The notes beneath the pieces are model-generated. The model did no database searches, was not told where the DNA came from, and saw only the letters and a program-made list of their open reading frames with translations. The position numbers and the translations under genes were made by a program. Below are positions 45,087 through 53,900 of a stretch of 64,000 nt of DNA, one piece after another (position 1 is the stretch's first letter; each line of letters opens with the position of its first letter). This stretch comes from Candidatus Omnitrophota bacterium (GTDB lineage: Bacteria > Omnitrophota > Gorgyraeia > Gygaellales > Profunditerraquicolaceae): contig JACQXK010000001.1 of the NCBI GenBank assembly GCA_016208765.1, positions 128,218-192,217 on the forward strand, read 5' to 3'.

Positions 45087-46802
45087 ATGCCGGACAGGGA
45101 TAATATCCAAATTGGCCAGATTTTGATTGATGAAGGTTTAATTACTGCCGAACAGCTTGAGGCAGGCTTACGTGAGCAAAAGAAGGATAGCGCATTTATC
45201 TGCACTACCCTTGTAAAGTTGGGTTTTCTCCAGGAAGAAAAAGTCTTTAAAGTCCTTTCCCGCCATTTAAATATTCCTTATTCTAAGCTTAATGAACGCG
45301 AAATAGACCCTTTAATTATCCAAAAGGTTCCGGCAAAGTTTGCCAGCCACTATAAAATTATTCCTATAGGATTTGATGGCTCGTCTTTGCTTGTAGCTAT
45401 GACTGATCCTTTGGATGTGCGCACGCTTGACGATATCAGATTGCTTCTTGGTGTTGAGGTAAGGGGAGTGCTTGCCTCAGAAACAGAGATCATGGATGCT
45501 ATCCGTAAATATTACGGAGTTGGTGCGGATACTTTGGAGAAAATTGTTTCTGAAAAAAGCGCTTTTGAAGAATTAAGAGTTCAGGCGCAGGAAGTACAGG
45601 ATTTGGAAACAATGGCTGAGGACGCCTCAATTATAAAGTTTGTGAATCAAATTTTGTCCGAGGCGGTTAAAGAAAGGGCAACCGATATCCATCTGGAGCC
45701 ATTCCAGGATGAATTGCGCGTGCGTTTTCGTATTGACGGTATTCTTTATGATATTAATATTCCTGAAACAATTAAATATTTTCATCCGGCAATAGTCTCG
45801 CGCATTAAAATTATGGCAGCGCTTAATATTGCTGAGCGCCGTTTACCTCAGGACGGAAGGATTAAGGTAAAAGTTATTGATTACGAACTTGATTTGCGCG
45901 TTTCTACTATGCCGACTATTTTTGGAGAGGCAGTGCAGATCAGGTTATTAAGCTCAGGTATGTTTTTGGAGCTTGAGAAATTGGGCCTTATGCCTGAGGA
46001 TATGAAAATAATTGAATCAGTGATTAAAAAGCCTCACGGTATATTATTTGTTACCGGGCCGACTGGTTCCGGTAAATCAACAACTTTGTATGCCTGCCTT
46101 GCCAGGATAAATTCCAGTGCAGTAAAAATTATCACTATTGAGGACCCGGTTGAATACCAGCTTAGAGGAATAAATCAGGTTCAGGTTAATCCGCAGATAG
46201 GTTTTACTTTTGCAGCTGCCCTTCGCCATATGCTGCGCCACGATCCGGATGTTATGATGGTCGGCGAGGTGCGTGATTATGAAACTGCTGAGATAGCAAT
46301 AAGAAGCGCTTTAACAGGGCATTTTGTTTTTTCAACGCTTCATACAAATGATGCGGCAGGCGCAATTACCCGTTTATTAGATATGAATATTGAGCCGTTC
46401 TTGGTTTCTTCTTCGCTGGAATGCCTCGTTGCACAGAGGCTTGTGCGCGTGATTTGCCCGAAATGTAAGGTTGCAGTTAAAGCTGAAGCAAGGAAAGAGA
46501 TCTTTTCTCAGATTAAAGATATTGAATTTAATCCAAAGAAAGCAGGGCTTTATGAGGGTAAAGGCTGTGAATACTGTCATTTTACCGGATATAGAGGAAG
46601 AAGCGCTATATATGAAATTCTGGTAGTTAATGAAGCGATCAGAGAGATGATCTTAGCCCGCGCTTCCAGCCAGCAAATCAAACAAAAAGCCGTTTCTCAA
46701 GGGATGCGCACGCTGCGTCAAAATGGGTTGCAGAAAGTTTTTATGGGAGAGACCACTTTTACAGAGGTGGTCCGTGTAACACAGCAAGAAGAATTACCTT
46801 AA
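45087..46802 (+). CDS. gspE: GspE/PilB-family secretion ATPase
   Basis: MshEN-like N-terminus (QIGQILIDEG), GPTGSGKSTT, EDPVE, CxxC pairs. Confidence 0.92.
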   Translation: MPDRDNIQIGQILIDEGLITAEQLEAGLREQKKDSAFICTTLVKLGFLQEEKVFKVLSRHLNIPYSKLNEREIDPLIIQKVPAKFASHYKIIPIGFDGSSLLVAMTDPLDVRTLDDIRLLLGVEVRGVLASETEIMDAIRKYYGVGADTLEKIVSEKSAFEELRVQAQEVQDLETMAEDASIIKFVNQILSEAVKERATDIHLEPFQDELRVRFRIDGILYDINIPETIKYFHPAIVSRIKIMAALNIAERRLPQDGRIKVKVIDYELDLRVSTMPTIFGEAVQIRLLSSGMFLELEKLGLMPEDMKIIESVIKKPHGILFVTGPTGSGKSTTLYACLARINSSAVKIITIEDPVEYQLRGINQVQVNPQIGFTFAAALRHMLRHDPDVMMVGEVRDYETAEIAIRSALTGHFVFSTLHTNDAAGAITRLLDMNIEPFLVSSSLECLVAQRLVRVICPKCKVAVKAEARKEIFSQIKDIEFNPKKAGLYEGKGCEYCHFTGYRGRSAIYEILVVNEAIREMILARASSQQIKQKAVSQGMRTLRQNGLQKVFMGETTFTEVVRVTQQEELP

Positions 46803-46823
46803 GTACTGAGCTATCAATAAATA

Positions 46824-48032
46824 ATGCCAACATTTAATTATACCGCAAAACCGGCTCCAGATAAAACAACTACCGGGAAGATTGAGGCGGAATCTCAGCA
46901 GGATGCAATTAATAAATTAACTGTTTCCGGTTTATATCCGATTTCTGTTTCACCGGAAGATTTTTCTGCAGAAAGCCGAAAGTTCCTTTCATTTAAGAAG
47001 GTTTCCAAAAAAGACTTAGTCTTGTTTACCGGGCAGCTTTCCGGTTTGGTTGAATCCGGAGTTAATATTGTTAACGCGCTAAAAATTATCTCCGGGCAAT
47101 CTCATAACAAAAACCTGAAGTCAATCTTAAATGACATTATCTCCAGGATAAAAGACGGAAATTCTTTATCAGAAAGTTTGTCAGCGCACAAATATTTATT
47201 TTCTGGACTTTATTCGGCAGTTGTCCGCACAGGTGAGGCAAGCGGTAATTTAAAAAGCGCCTTAAAAGGTTTGGCGGTGTTTTTGGAGAAAGAAGAGGAG
47301 TTTAGGGATTCTTTGGTTTCAAGCCTTATTTATCCTGCGTTTGTCATCTTTGTGGGGACGATGACAGTCCTTGGGTTATTGGTTTTTGTTATTCCCCGGC
47401 TCGTCTCTATGTTTGAAGATATGGGGCAGGCATTACCGCTTCCTACGCTCATTTTAATTAATATTTCAAGTTTTATACGCCATTACTGGTGGTTAATTAT
47501 GGTTGTGGCCTCTTTAGTTGTGTTTTTGTTGCGCAGGTTCTATGAGTCTCCCGGGGTAAAAGTAAGTTTTGATAAATTTAAGCTTGGTTTAACTATCGCA
47601 GGGCCCCTGATACTAAAGGCGCAAATAAGCCGTATGATGCGAACTTTATCTTTATTACTTTCAAGCGGTATTCCTATCTCAGCTTCTCTTGAGGTTTCAG
47701 CAACAGTTTTGGATAATCATGTTTTACGGCAGGAGGTGGATAAATTTAAAGAGCAAATCTCAAGAGGAGCCAGTTTATCCAGCGCATTAAAAACTTCGGA
47801 GTTTTTTCCTGAGTTTGTCACTAATGTCGTATCAATTGGCGAGGAGTCCGGTTCTTTGGATAAAGCTCTGGCACGCATTGCCGGAGAGTATGAAAAGGAA
47901 GTGGACAGGATGTTAAAAACATTGACAAGAATGACTGAGCCGGTAATAATTTTGGTAATGGGTTTAGTGGTAGGTTTTATTGTGTTGGCAATGTTGTTAC
48001 CGATTTTTCAGATAAATTTAATTGCAAGATAG
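46824..48032 (+). CDS. gspF: GspF/PilC inner-membrane platform protein
   Basis: GEASGNL, YP, GEESGSL, EP; three TM segments. Confidence 0.92.
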   Translation: MPTFNYTAKPAPDKTTTGKIEAESQQDAINKLTVSGLYPISVSPEDFSAESRKFLSFKKVSKKDLVLFTGQLSGLVESGVNIVNALKIISGQSHNKNLKSILNDIISRIKDGNSLSESLSAHKYLFSGLYSAVVRTGEASGNLKSALKGLAVFLEKEEEFRDSLVSSLIYPAFVIFVGTMTVLGLLVFVIPRLVSMFEDMGQALPLPTLILINISSFIRHYWWLIMVVASLVVFLLRRFYESPGVKVSFDKFKLGLTIAGPLILKAQISRMMRTLSLLLSSGIPISASLEVSATVLDNHVLRQEVDKFKEQISRGASLSSALKTSEFFPEFVTNVVSIGEESGSLDKALARIAGEYEKEVDRMLKTLTRMTEPVIILVMGLVVGFIVLAMLLPIFQINLIAR

Positions 48033-48043
48033 GAGGAAAGCAA

Positions 48044-48245
48044 ATGCAGAATAACCGCAGGGGTTCGCTCAAATCCCGGAAATTTACCTACCTGGAAGGG
48101 GTCATATTTAAAAAAAGAGCCAAAGGACCCGTGGGGCAATCTTTATCATTATAAATCTCCCGGTTCCCGTAACAGCGACTATGATCTTTATTCTTCCGGT
48201 CCCAATGCCGTTGAAGGTGATAGTGACGATGTCGGAAACTGGTAA
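48044..48245 (+). pseudogene. gspG: Major pseudopilin GspG with an internal deletion and frameshift (or collapsed assembly gap)
   Basis: AGGAGG RBS, then MQNNRRG; a +1 frame then gives W.G.YL....KDPWGN.Y.Y.SPG....YDLYSSGP......DDVGNW. Confidence 0.85.
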
Positions 48246-48705
48246 CCGGCAGCACGGTTTGGCCGGTTTTACTTTTATTGAACTTTTAATCATTAGTATT
48301 ATTATCGGCATCCTGGCGGCAATTTCTGTCCCTCAATTTAAGAAAACATTTGAGAGTTTTCAATTACAAAACTTAGTGAAGGATGTCTCCTGTTTATTCC
48401 GCTATCTTCAGGCAAACTCAATTTCTCAGGCTAAGGTTTACGGCCTAAGGATAAATTTGGATACGAAAGAATTTTCTTCTTTTGTGAAGGAGCCCGGGAA
48501 AGAAGAGGCTCTCACCGGGCGCTTTGCGAAGGTAAACAGGTTTACAGAAACAATAGAGATTATTCTTATCCCTCAGGATAAAAGTGTTGTTTATTTTTAC
48601 CCCGACGGGAGCATGGATGATTTAACCATAGATTTTATTGACAAGAACAAGAAAAAGATGCAACTTGTTATTCAGGGGGCAAAAGGTGAGATCAAGATCA
48701 AGTAA
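48229..48705 (+). CDS. Minor pseudopilin (GspH/FimT-like)
   Basis: G|FTFIELL N-methylation site; start taken as ATG 48229. Confidence 0.85.
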   Translation: MSETGNRQHGLAGFTFIELLIISIIIGILAAISVPQFKKTFESFQLQNLVKDVSCLFRYLQANSISQAKVYGLRINLDTKEFSSFVKEPGKEEALTGRFAKVNRFTETIEIILIPQDKSVVYFYPDGSMDDLTIDFIDKNKKKMQLVIQGAKGEIKIK

Positions 48706-49066
48706 GGCATTTTCTTTAATTGAATTGTTGGTTACTATGGCAATACTTGCTGCGGGAATTGTATTTATTTTCCGTTCTTTTGCTGCTTCATTAGCCGGGG
48801 TTAAGCTAAGCCAAAATATTACTAATGCCTGTTTATTGGCAGAAAATAAAGTCTGGGAGATAGGCCAACATTATAAAGACGGGTTCAGCTTTCCTGAGCA
48901 AGGCGCGGAGGAATCAGGGGTAAAGAAATTTGATTGGAATTCTAAATTTTCTGATACTGAAATTGCCGGTTTAAAAAAGCTTGATTTAATTGTCTCTTGG
49001 CCGGAAGGAACAATGGCGTATTCAATGAATTTTTCCACTTTTGTTTACAAGAAGCAGCAGCCATGA
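48686..49066 (+). CDS. Minor pseudopilin (GspI/PilV-like)
   Basis: KA|FSLIELL; start taken as GTG 48686. Confidence 0.8.
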   Translation: MRSRSSKAFSLIELLVTMAILAAGIVFIFRSFAASLAGVKLSQNITNACLLAENKVWEIGQHYKDGFSFPEQGAEESGVKKFDWNSKFSDTEIAGLKKLDLIVSWPEGTMAYSMNFSTFVYKKQQP

Positions 49067-49809
49067 GAAATTTACGGTCATTTACCCCGTTACACCCAGA
49101 AAGCCTCGGCCTTAAGGCTGGAGATGAATGGCAGATTAAATTTGAATCAGAAAGAAAGCCTCGCTTTTTAGGGTGGGGTGTAACGGGGTTTACTTTAATT
49201 GAAGTTTTAATTTCAACTACTATCTTTGCGGTGGTATTAGTTGTAATATATTCTGCTTTTCAGACAGGCGTCTTAAGCTATAACAAGATAGATTCAGCTT
49301 CAGGGGTTTATAACCCTGTAAGGGTTATTTTTAACCGTATAGAGTCAGATATTAAGAATACGTTTGTTTATAATAAGGATGATTCGCAATTCCATGGCAC
49401 AGAGCACGGCATTTATTTTTTTAGCATTAGAGACAGCTTTGATAAAGACAGTAACATTAATACAAATTTGGCTCTTATTAAGTATGAATTGAATGCCGAT
49501 AAGTTAAAGCGTAGCTGTTTAGTTGGCATTGATGTTTTGGATGATAATTCAACGCATCAGGCCCAGGATTTATTAGATAACTTAGAAGAATTCTTAATTG
49601 AGTATGCCTCGCGGACAAATGATCCGGATAATCCCTATCAGTGGCAGAAGTCCTGGCCCAGGGAAGGAGATGACAATCAAAAAAAGAATTTGCCTTTGGC
49701 AGTAAGAGTAACCATGGTTTTAAAAGGCACAGAGGAAAAACCCGGAGAACAAGAAAGAAGAATTAGTTTTACCAAAGTTATTGAATTGGCTCAAAGCAAC
49801 CTAAAATAG
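49063..49809 (+). CDS. Minor pseudopilin (GspJ-like) with a 36-aa insertion in its leader
   Basis: TG|FTLIEVL, C-terminal W...W and LPLAVRVT; ATGA overlap with the upstream gene. Confidence 0.85.
   Translation: MRNLRSFTPLHPESLGLKAGDEWQIKFESERKPRFLGWGVTGFTLIEVLISTTIFAVVLVVIYSAFQTGVLSYNKIDSASGVYNPVRVIFNRIESDIKNTFVYNKDDSQFHGTEHGIYFFSIRDSFDKDSNINTNLALIKYELNADKLKRSCLVGIDVLDDNSTHQAQDLLDNLEEFLIEYASRTNDPDNPYQWQKSWPREGDDNQKKNLPLAVRVTMVLKGTEEKPGEQERRISFTKVIELAQSNLK
49081..49193. mobile_element. 108-bp in-frame palindromic element containing IS200/IS605-like hairpins
   Basis: 14-bp perfect IR accccgttacaccc/gggtgtaacggggt; tttac repeated at both ends; internal agaaagcctcg x2. Confidence 0.75.
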
Positions 49810-49812
49810 TTT

Positions 49813-50829
49813 ATGAAAAAAGGCTCGGTTTTGATGATCAGTTTGTGGGTAATGGCGATATTAGTTGTTTTTGCTGTCGGGCTTGGGCATCGCGCTGCAA
49901 TTAGCTTAAAATTGGCGTGCTATCAAAGAGATAAATTAAGGGCAGTTAATTTGGCAAAGGCTGGCCTAAATAAGGCCATCGCTTTTATAGAGGTAGATGC
50001 TGTTGACCCGGATACAAAGGATTTTGACACAATCAAAGAATGCGGCATAAACCTTAAAGGAAGAAATCTTGAGGATATTTTTAACTTTAGTGAAAACAAC
50101 AATAAAGATGGTTTCAAGGCTGGTTACAAGAATTCCAGGCAGGATTTTATTTTTGGGGTGCGCGATGAGGAGAGTAAGATAAATATTAACGGTTCTCTTG
50201 ATGCTGACAAAAAAAGGGTGCTTGCGGTATTAAATTCCTGTTCTATTGATAAAGCCGCGGAAATTTCCGAATTAATTAGTGAATGGACAAAGCAGGGTTC
50301 AATAATACCTGTTGCTAAGAAGCAAGAGTTTAATGCCCCTGAGGAATTGTTGCCAGTGCTGGAGTATTTCTATAAACAACAAGCAGGTGAAATAGATTAT
50401 CGTAAAAAAGCTCAGGAGACATTTTCTGTTGTACGTGGTTTTATCACGGTTTTCCCGGAAGATAAATCAAAGGTTAATATTAACACTGTTTCTGAGCAAG
50501 TGTTGGTTATGCTGGCGAACTCGCTTGCGGTTGGAGATGAAACAAATCATGTGTTAAATGTATCTGATGAAATTATCAAATTAAGGGATTCAAAAGTTTC
50601 CTCGGGCCAGCCCTTTAAAACAAAAACTGACCTTGTGCTTGCCCAGACTGCAATTGACCCTGCAGATTCAGATAGCATAAATCTTTTTAATAAACTTACA
50701 GATGCTTTTGTTTTCAAATCACAATATTTTCAGATTGAAGTTGCCGGCTTTATTGGTAGAATAAATAAAAGCATTGTCGCAGTGTATAACCCTTATAAGC
50801 ATGAGATTGTTTATTGGCATGAAAATTAA
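49813..50829 (+). CDS. gspK: GspK-like minor pseudopilin
   Basis: KKG|SVL...LW, DEESKININ, KVNINT. Confidence 0.85.
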   Translation: MKKGSVLMISLWVMAILVVFAVGLGHRAAISLKLACYQRDKLRAVNLAKAGLNKAIAFIEVDAVDPDTKDFDTIKECGINLKGRNLEDIFNFSENNNKDGFKAGYKNSRQDFIFGVRDEESKININGSLDADKKRVLAVLNSCSIDKAAEISELISEWTKQGSIIPVAKKQEFNAPEELLPVLEYFYKQQAGEIDYRKKAQETFSVVRGFITVFPEDKSKVNINTVSEQVLVMLANSLAVGDETNHVLNVSDEIIKLRDSKVSSGQPFKTKTDLVLAQTAIDPADSDSINLFNKLTDAFVFKSQYFQIEVAGFIGRINKSIVAVYNPYKHEIVYWHEN

Positions 50830-52252
50830 TTTTATCGCACATAACCGGAAGAAAACTGTTTTTGTTTGTCAGCTTTCGGATACTGTTTTAAAGGTTATTA
50901 AATGCCTCAGGACAGGTATAAAAAAACAGGTTTTGGGCGTAGAGGTTGAAAAATTACCTCCGGGGATTGATGATAAAAATATCAGCGTGAGGTTAGGTAT
51001 ATTACTTAAGAAATTATCTTATAATAATGATCCGTTTATTATTGTTTTAGCCCGCCAGAATGTAACTTGCAGGTATCTAAAAGTTCCTACTCACATTCCG
51101 GCTGAGATAGAAAAGATCGTCGGCCTTCAGGCATCGCGTTACCTGCCGTATCCTTCGGAAGAATTGGTCACTGGTTTTGAGGTTGTGTCGGTAGATAAAA
51201 CAGGGTATTCCGATATAAATGCAATCATTGTGCATAAAAATGTAGTTGAACGCCTGTTGAATATCGCTGCGGCGTCAAACATCAGGAAACCTTCTTTGAT
51301 TTTAAGCTCATTTGGCTTGTGTAATTTTGCTTATTATTTTAATCCTAAAGAAACATCTCCTATAATGGCCATAGATTTGGATAAAAACTTTGTTGAAATT
51401 GTTGTAGTTTCCTGCGGTAAAATGTTTTTTAGCCGTTCTTTCCAGATGCCGGAGCAGGAGGATAAATGGCAGAATGTATTTGCTGAAGAATTCAATAAAA
51501 GTAAATCTGCATATTTTAAGGAAGTGGGGGGAAGTGAACCGGTTAAGTATATTGTTAGTGGGACCAAAGATAGTATTTTTGCCGTTAGCGGTTATCTTAA
51601 AGAAGCTTTGAATTTAAATGTACAGCAAATTTCAAATATAGATATCCCTGCCCAGCCTGCTCTTATTAATGACTTGTCTCTCATGGGGATTTCTTTGTCA
51701 AGCCTGGTTGGCCTTGGAATAAATGAAATTCCACAATCAATTAACCTGCTGCCGAAAGCGCTTAAAGATAAGGCCCGTAAGGCATTGGAATTAAGCGACA
51801 GGATAAAATTGACCCTTGGTATCCTGGCGATAGTATTTATCTTTAGCCTGGGTTTGGCGAAGAATATCAATAACAAGACAATATATTTGCAAAAACTTAA
51901 GGCAGAACTTGCAAAGATTTCTAATGAGGCAAAGCCTTTAGAAGAGATTGATAAACGTTTTAAGCTCTTGGAAGGCCGTTCCAGGATAAAAATGTCCAGC
52001 CTTGATTTGCTTTATGAGCTTTCGCAAAATCTGCCTGAATCGGTGAACTTGCTTAGTTTTACTTACGAGGAAGGTAATCAGGCTGTTTTGCGCGGGCAAT
52101 CCAAGGATCTCAACTCAGTATTTAATTTTATGAATAAGCTTGAGAAGGCTCCTGTATTTAAGCAATTTAATATTAAGCTACGCTATGTAACACAGAAGAA
52201 ACTGCAGTCAGGTGATGTGGTGGATTTTGAAATTATTTGTGCCAAATACTGA
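50819..52252 (+). CDS. GspL / PilM-PilN fusion-like assembly protein
   Basis: Actin-like N region, INLLP motif, TM, PilN-like C-terminus; start taken as ATG 50819. Confidence 0.8.
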   Translation: MKINFIAHNRKKTVFVCQLSDTVLKVIKCLRTGIKKQVLGVEVEKLPPGIDDKNISVRLGILLKKLSYNNDPFIIVLARQNVTCRYLKVPTHIPAEIEKIVGLQASRYLPYPSEELVTGFEVVSVDKTGYSDINAIIVHKNVVERLLNIAAASNIRKPSLILSSFGLCNFAYYFNPKETSPIMAIDLDKNFVEIVVVSCGKMFFSRSFQMPEQEDKWQNVFAEEFNKSKSAYFKEVGGSEPVKYIVSGTKDSIFAVSGYLKEALNLNVQQISNIDIPAQPALINDLSLMGISLSSLVGLGINEIPQSINLLPKALKDKARKALELSDRIKLTLGILAIVFIFSLGLAKNINNKTIYLQKLKAELAKISNEAKPLEEIDKRFKLLEGRSRIKMSSLDLLYELSQNLPESVNLLSFTYEEGNQAVLRGQSKDLNSVFNFMNKLEKAPVFKQFNIKLRYVTQKKLQSGDVVDFEIICAKY

Positions 52253-52266
52253 GTTACCGATAAATA

Positions 52267-52797
52267 ATGCAGAAAATATTATCTAAAAGAGAAGAAACAA
52301 TTTTATTTTCAACTATCGGCATGATTGTGTTTTTTGTTTTTTTTAATTTTGTCATTTCTCCGGCCATTGATAAATATGAGGCTTTAAATAAAGAGATAAC
52401 TATAACCAAGGTAAAATTTAGAAAGTGCCTGTCACTTCTTAATCGTAAAAGCTATATAGAAAGTCATTATCGTAAATTTTCTGCCCAGGCAGCGCTTCCC
52501 AGTGAAAAAGGAGATTCTCTGGTAGATGTTTTATCAGAATTAGAGGGATTTGCGAAAGAAGCAAATATGCGTATTGCTGATATGCGCCCGCAAGGCCAGA
52601 GAAACGTGGATTTATATAAAGAATATATGATAGATATTAAATTAGAAGGAAATATTGAAGGTTTTTTAAAATTCATTTTCAATGTTGAGAATTCTTTATC
52701 TCTTTTGCGTATTAAAAAGTTTCAACTTTCTGCCAAGCAGCAATCCGGCCTTTTAGAAGGAACATTTTCTATTTCCAAATTAGCATTAAATGAATAA
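52267..52797 (+). CDS. GspM/PilO-like assembly protein
   Basis: LSKRE, TM, coiled coil, G......F...VE. Confidence 0.8.
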   Translation: MQKILSKREETILFSTIGMIVFFVFFNFVISPAIDKYEALNKEITITKVKFRKCLSLLNRKSYIESHYRKFSAQAALPSEKGDSLVDVLSELEGFAKEANMRIADMRPQGQRNVDLYKEYMIDIKLEGNIEGFLKFIFNVENSLSLLRIKKFQLSAKQQSGLLEGTFSISKLALNE

Positions 52798-52821
52798 TGC
52801 ACACAGTTTCTGAAATTATAC

Positions 52822-52850
52822 TTGACATAAGTCGGTAGGTGTGTTAAAGT
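52822..52850 (+). promoter_or_regulatory. Sigma70-like promoter
   Basis: ttgaca-N17-taaagt upstream of the gene at 52894. Confidence 0.6.
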
Positions 52851-52893
52851 TATAACAAATTTGGAAGCATCAAACACACAAAGGAGGTGTAGG

Positions 52894-53568
52894 ATGAGTA
52901 GTTGGCAAGTGGTTTTGTTGGAACCGGCAAGAACGGTACTCACCCAGATTGGTCAGTTTTTGGTAAATGTTTTATTGGTATTAATCATCCTTATTATAGG
53001 TTGGGTTATTTCAAGGATGATTAAGGCGGTAGTTACCAAGGGCCTGAGGCTTTTGCGGGTTGATGCGATATCTGAAAAGATAGAATTAGACAATATTCTA
53101 GAAAAAGGCGGAATTGCTTATTCATTGTCAGAATTGTTAGGGGTAATTTGCTATTGGTTGGCAATCTTAGTAACTTTTGTTGTTGCTCTTTCAACGGTGA
53201 ACTTGATTACACCAAGTGTCTTGGATAGTGTTGTTTCTTATATACCCAATGTGATCGTTGCGGTGTTTTTGCTTATTTTGGGTATGTTTTTGGCGAATAT
53301 GCTTAAAAATATTGTGCAGGCAGCGGCAAATAATGCAGGGCTTCGCCAGGGAAAACTTTTAGGTAGTATTGTGAGTTTTCTGATTGTTGCATTTGCTATT
53401 TTAGCTGCTTTGGAGCAATTAAAAATTGGTGTTAAGATTACAGAGTTAACATTAAGTATTATTTTAGGGACAGTTGGCTTGGGCCTTGCTTTGGCATTCG
53501 GTTTAGGATGCAAAGATGTTGCCGGCAAATTTGTTTCTGAATTGGTTGAAACCATCAAAAAGAAATAA
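52894..53568 (+). CDS. CmpX/MscS TM-helix-repeat membrane protein
   Basis: YIPNVIVA, ALEQLKI, ALAFGLG; AGGAGGT RBS. Confidence 0.85.
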   Translation: MSSWQVVLLEPARTVLTQIGQFLVNVLLVLIILIIGWVISRMIKAVVTKGLRLLRVDAISEKIELDNILEKGGIAYSLSELLGVICYWLAILVTFVVALSTVNLITPSVLDSVVSYIPNVIVAVFLLILGMFLANMLKNIVQAAANNAGLRQGKLLGSIVSFLIVAFAILAALEQLKIGVKITELTLSIILGTVGLGLALAFGLGCKDVAGKFVSELVETIKKK

Positions 53569-53587
53569 TGTTGCTTTAAGATATTTA

Positions 53588-53627
53588 GCAAAAAACCCCG
53601 CGCTGACTTAAGTGCGGGGTTTTTTGT
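53588..53627 (+). terminator. Intrinsic (possibly bidirectional) terminator
   Basis: aaaaaaccccgc/gcggggtttttt. Confidence 0.85.
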
Positions 53628-53654
53628 TGTGAAAGAAAATAAGAAAAGGTTGGA

Positions 53655-53882
53655 ATGGAAGATAATAGGAAAGCAGAATCTTGCTGGGAGTTTCTTGATT
53701 GTCCTGATGAAGTCAAGTCAATGTGCCCTGCCTATAAAACAAATTCAGGAAATGAATGTTGGATGGTCGCGGCTAGTTTTATGGCAACTGATACGAGGTG
53801 CCCGAGGGCAGGAAAAGATTTTAAACGTTGCTGGGAGTGTTCCTGGTTTAAGGAAGCTAACCCTAATTTTGGTAAACAATAA
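53655..53882 (+). CDS. Small Cys/Trp-rich two-CW-type protein
   Basis: CWEFLDC, CPAY, CW, C, CWEC pattern. Confidence 0.75.
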   Translation: MEDNRKAESCWEFLDCPDEVKSMCPAYKTNSGNECWMVAASFMATDTRCPRAGKDFKRCWECSWFKEANPNFGKQ

Positions 53883-53900
53883 GGCTAAGAGGTCTCTTTT

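Noticed and set aside
48044-48154. Programmed frameshift producing a functional GspG
   Set aside because: Even with a shift, the FTLIE hydrophobic helix is physically absent.
53588-53627. aaaccccgc/gcggggttt hairpin as a member of the CCCC/GGGG element family
   Set aside because: Short stem with flanking A and T tracts right after a gene; adequately explained as an intrinsic terminator.
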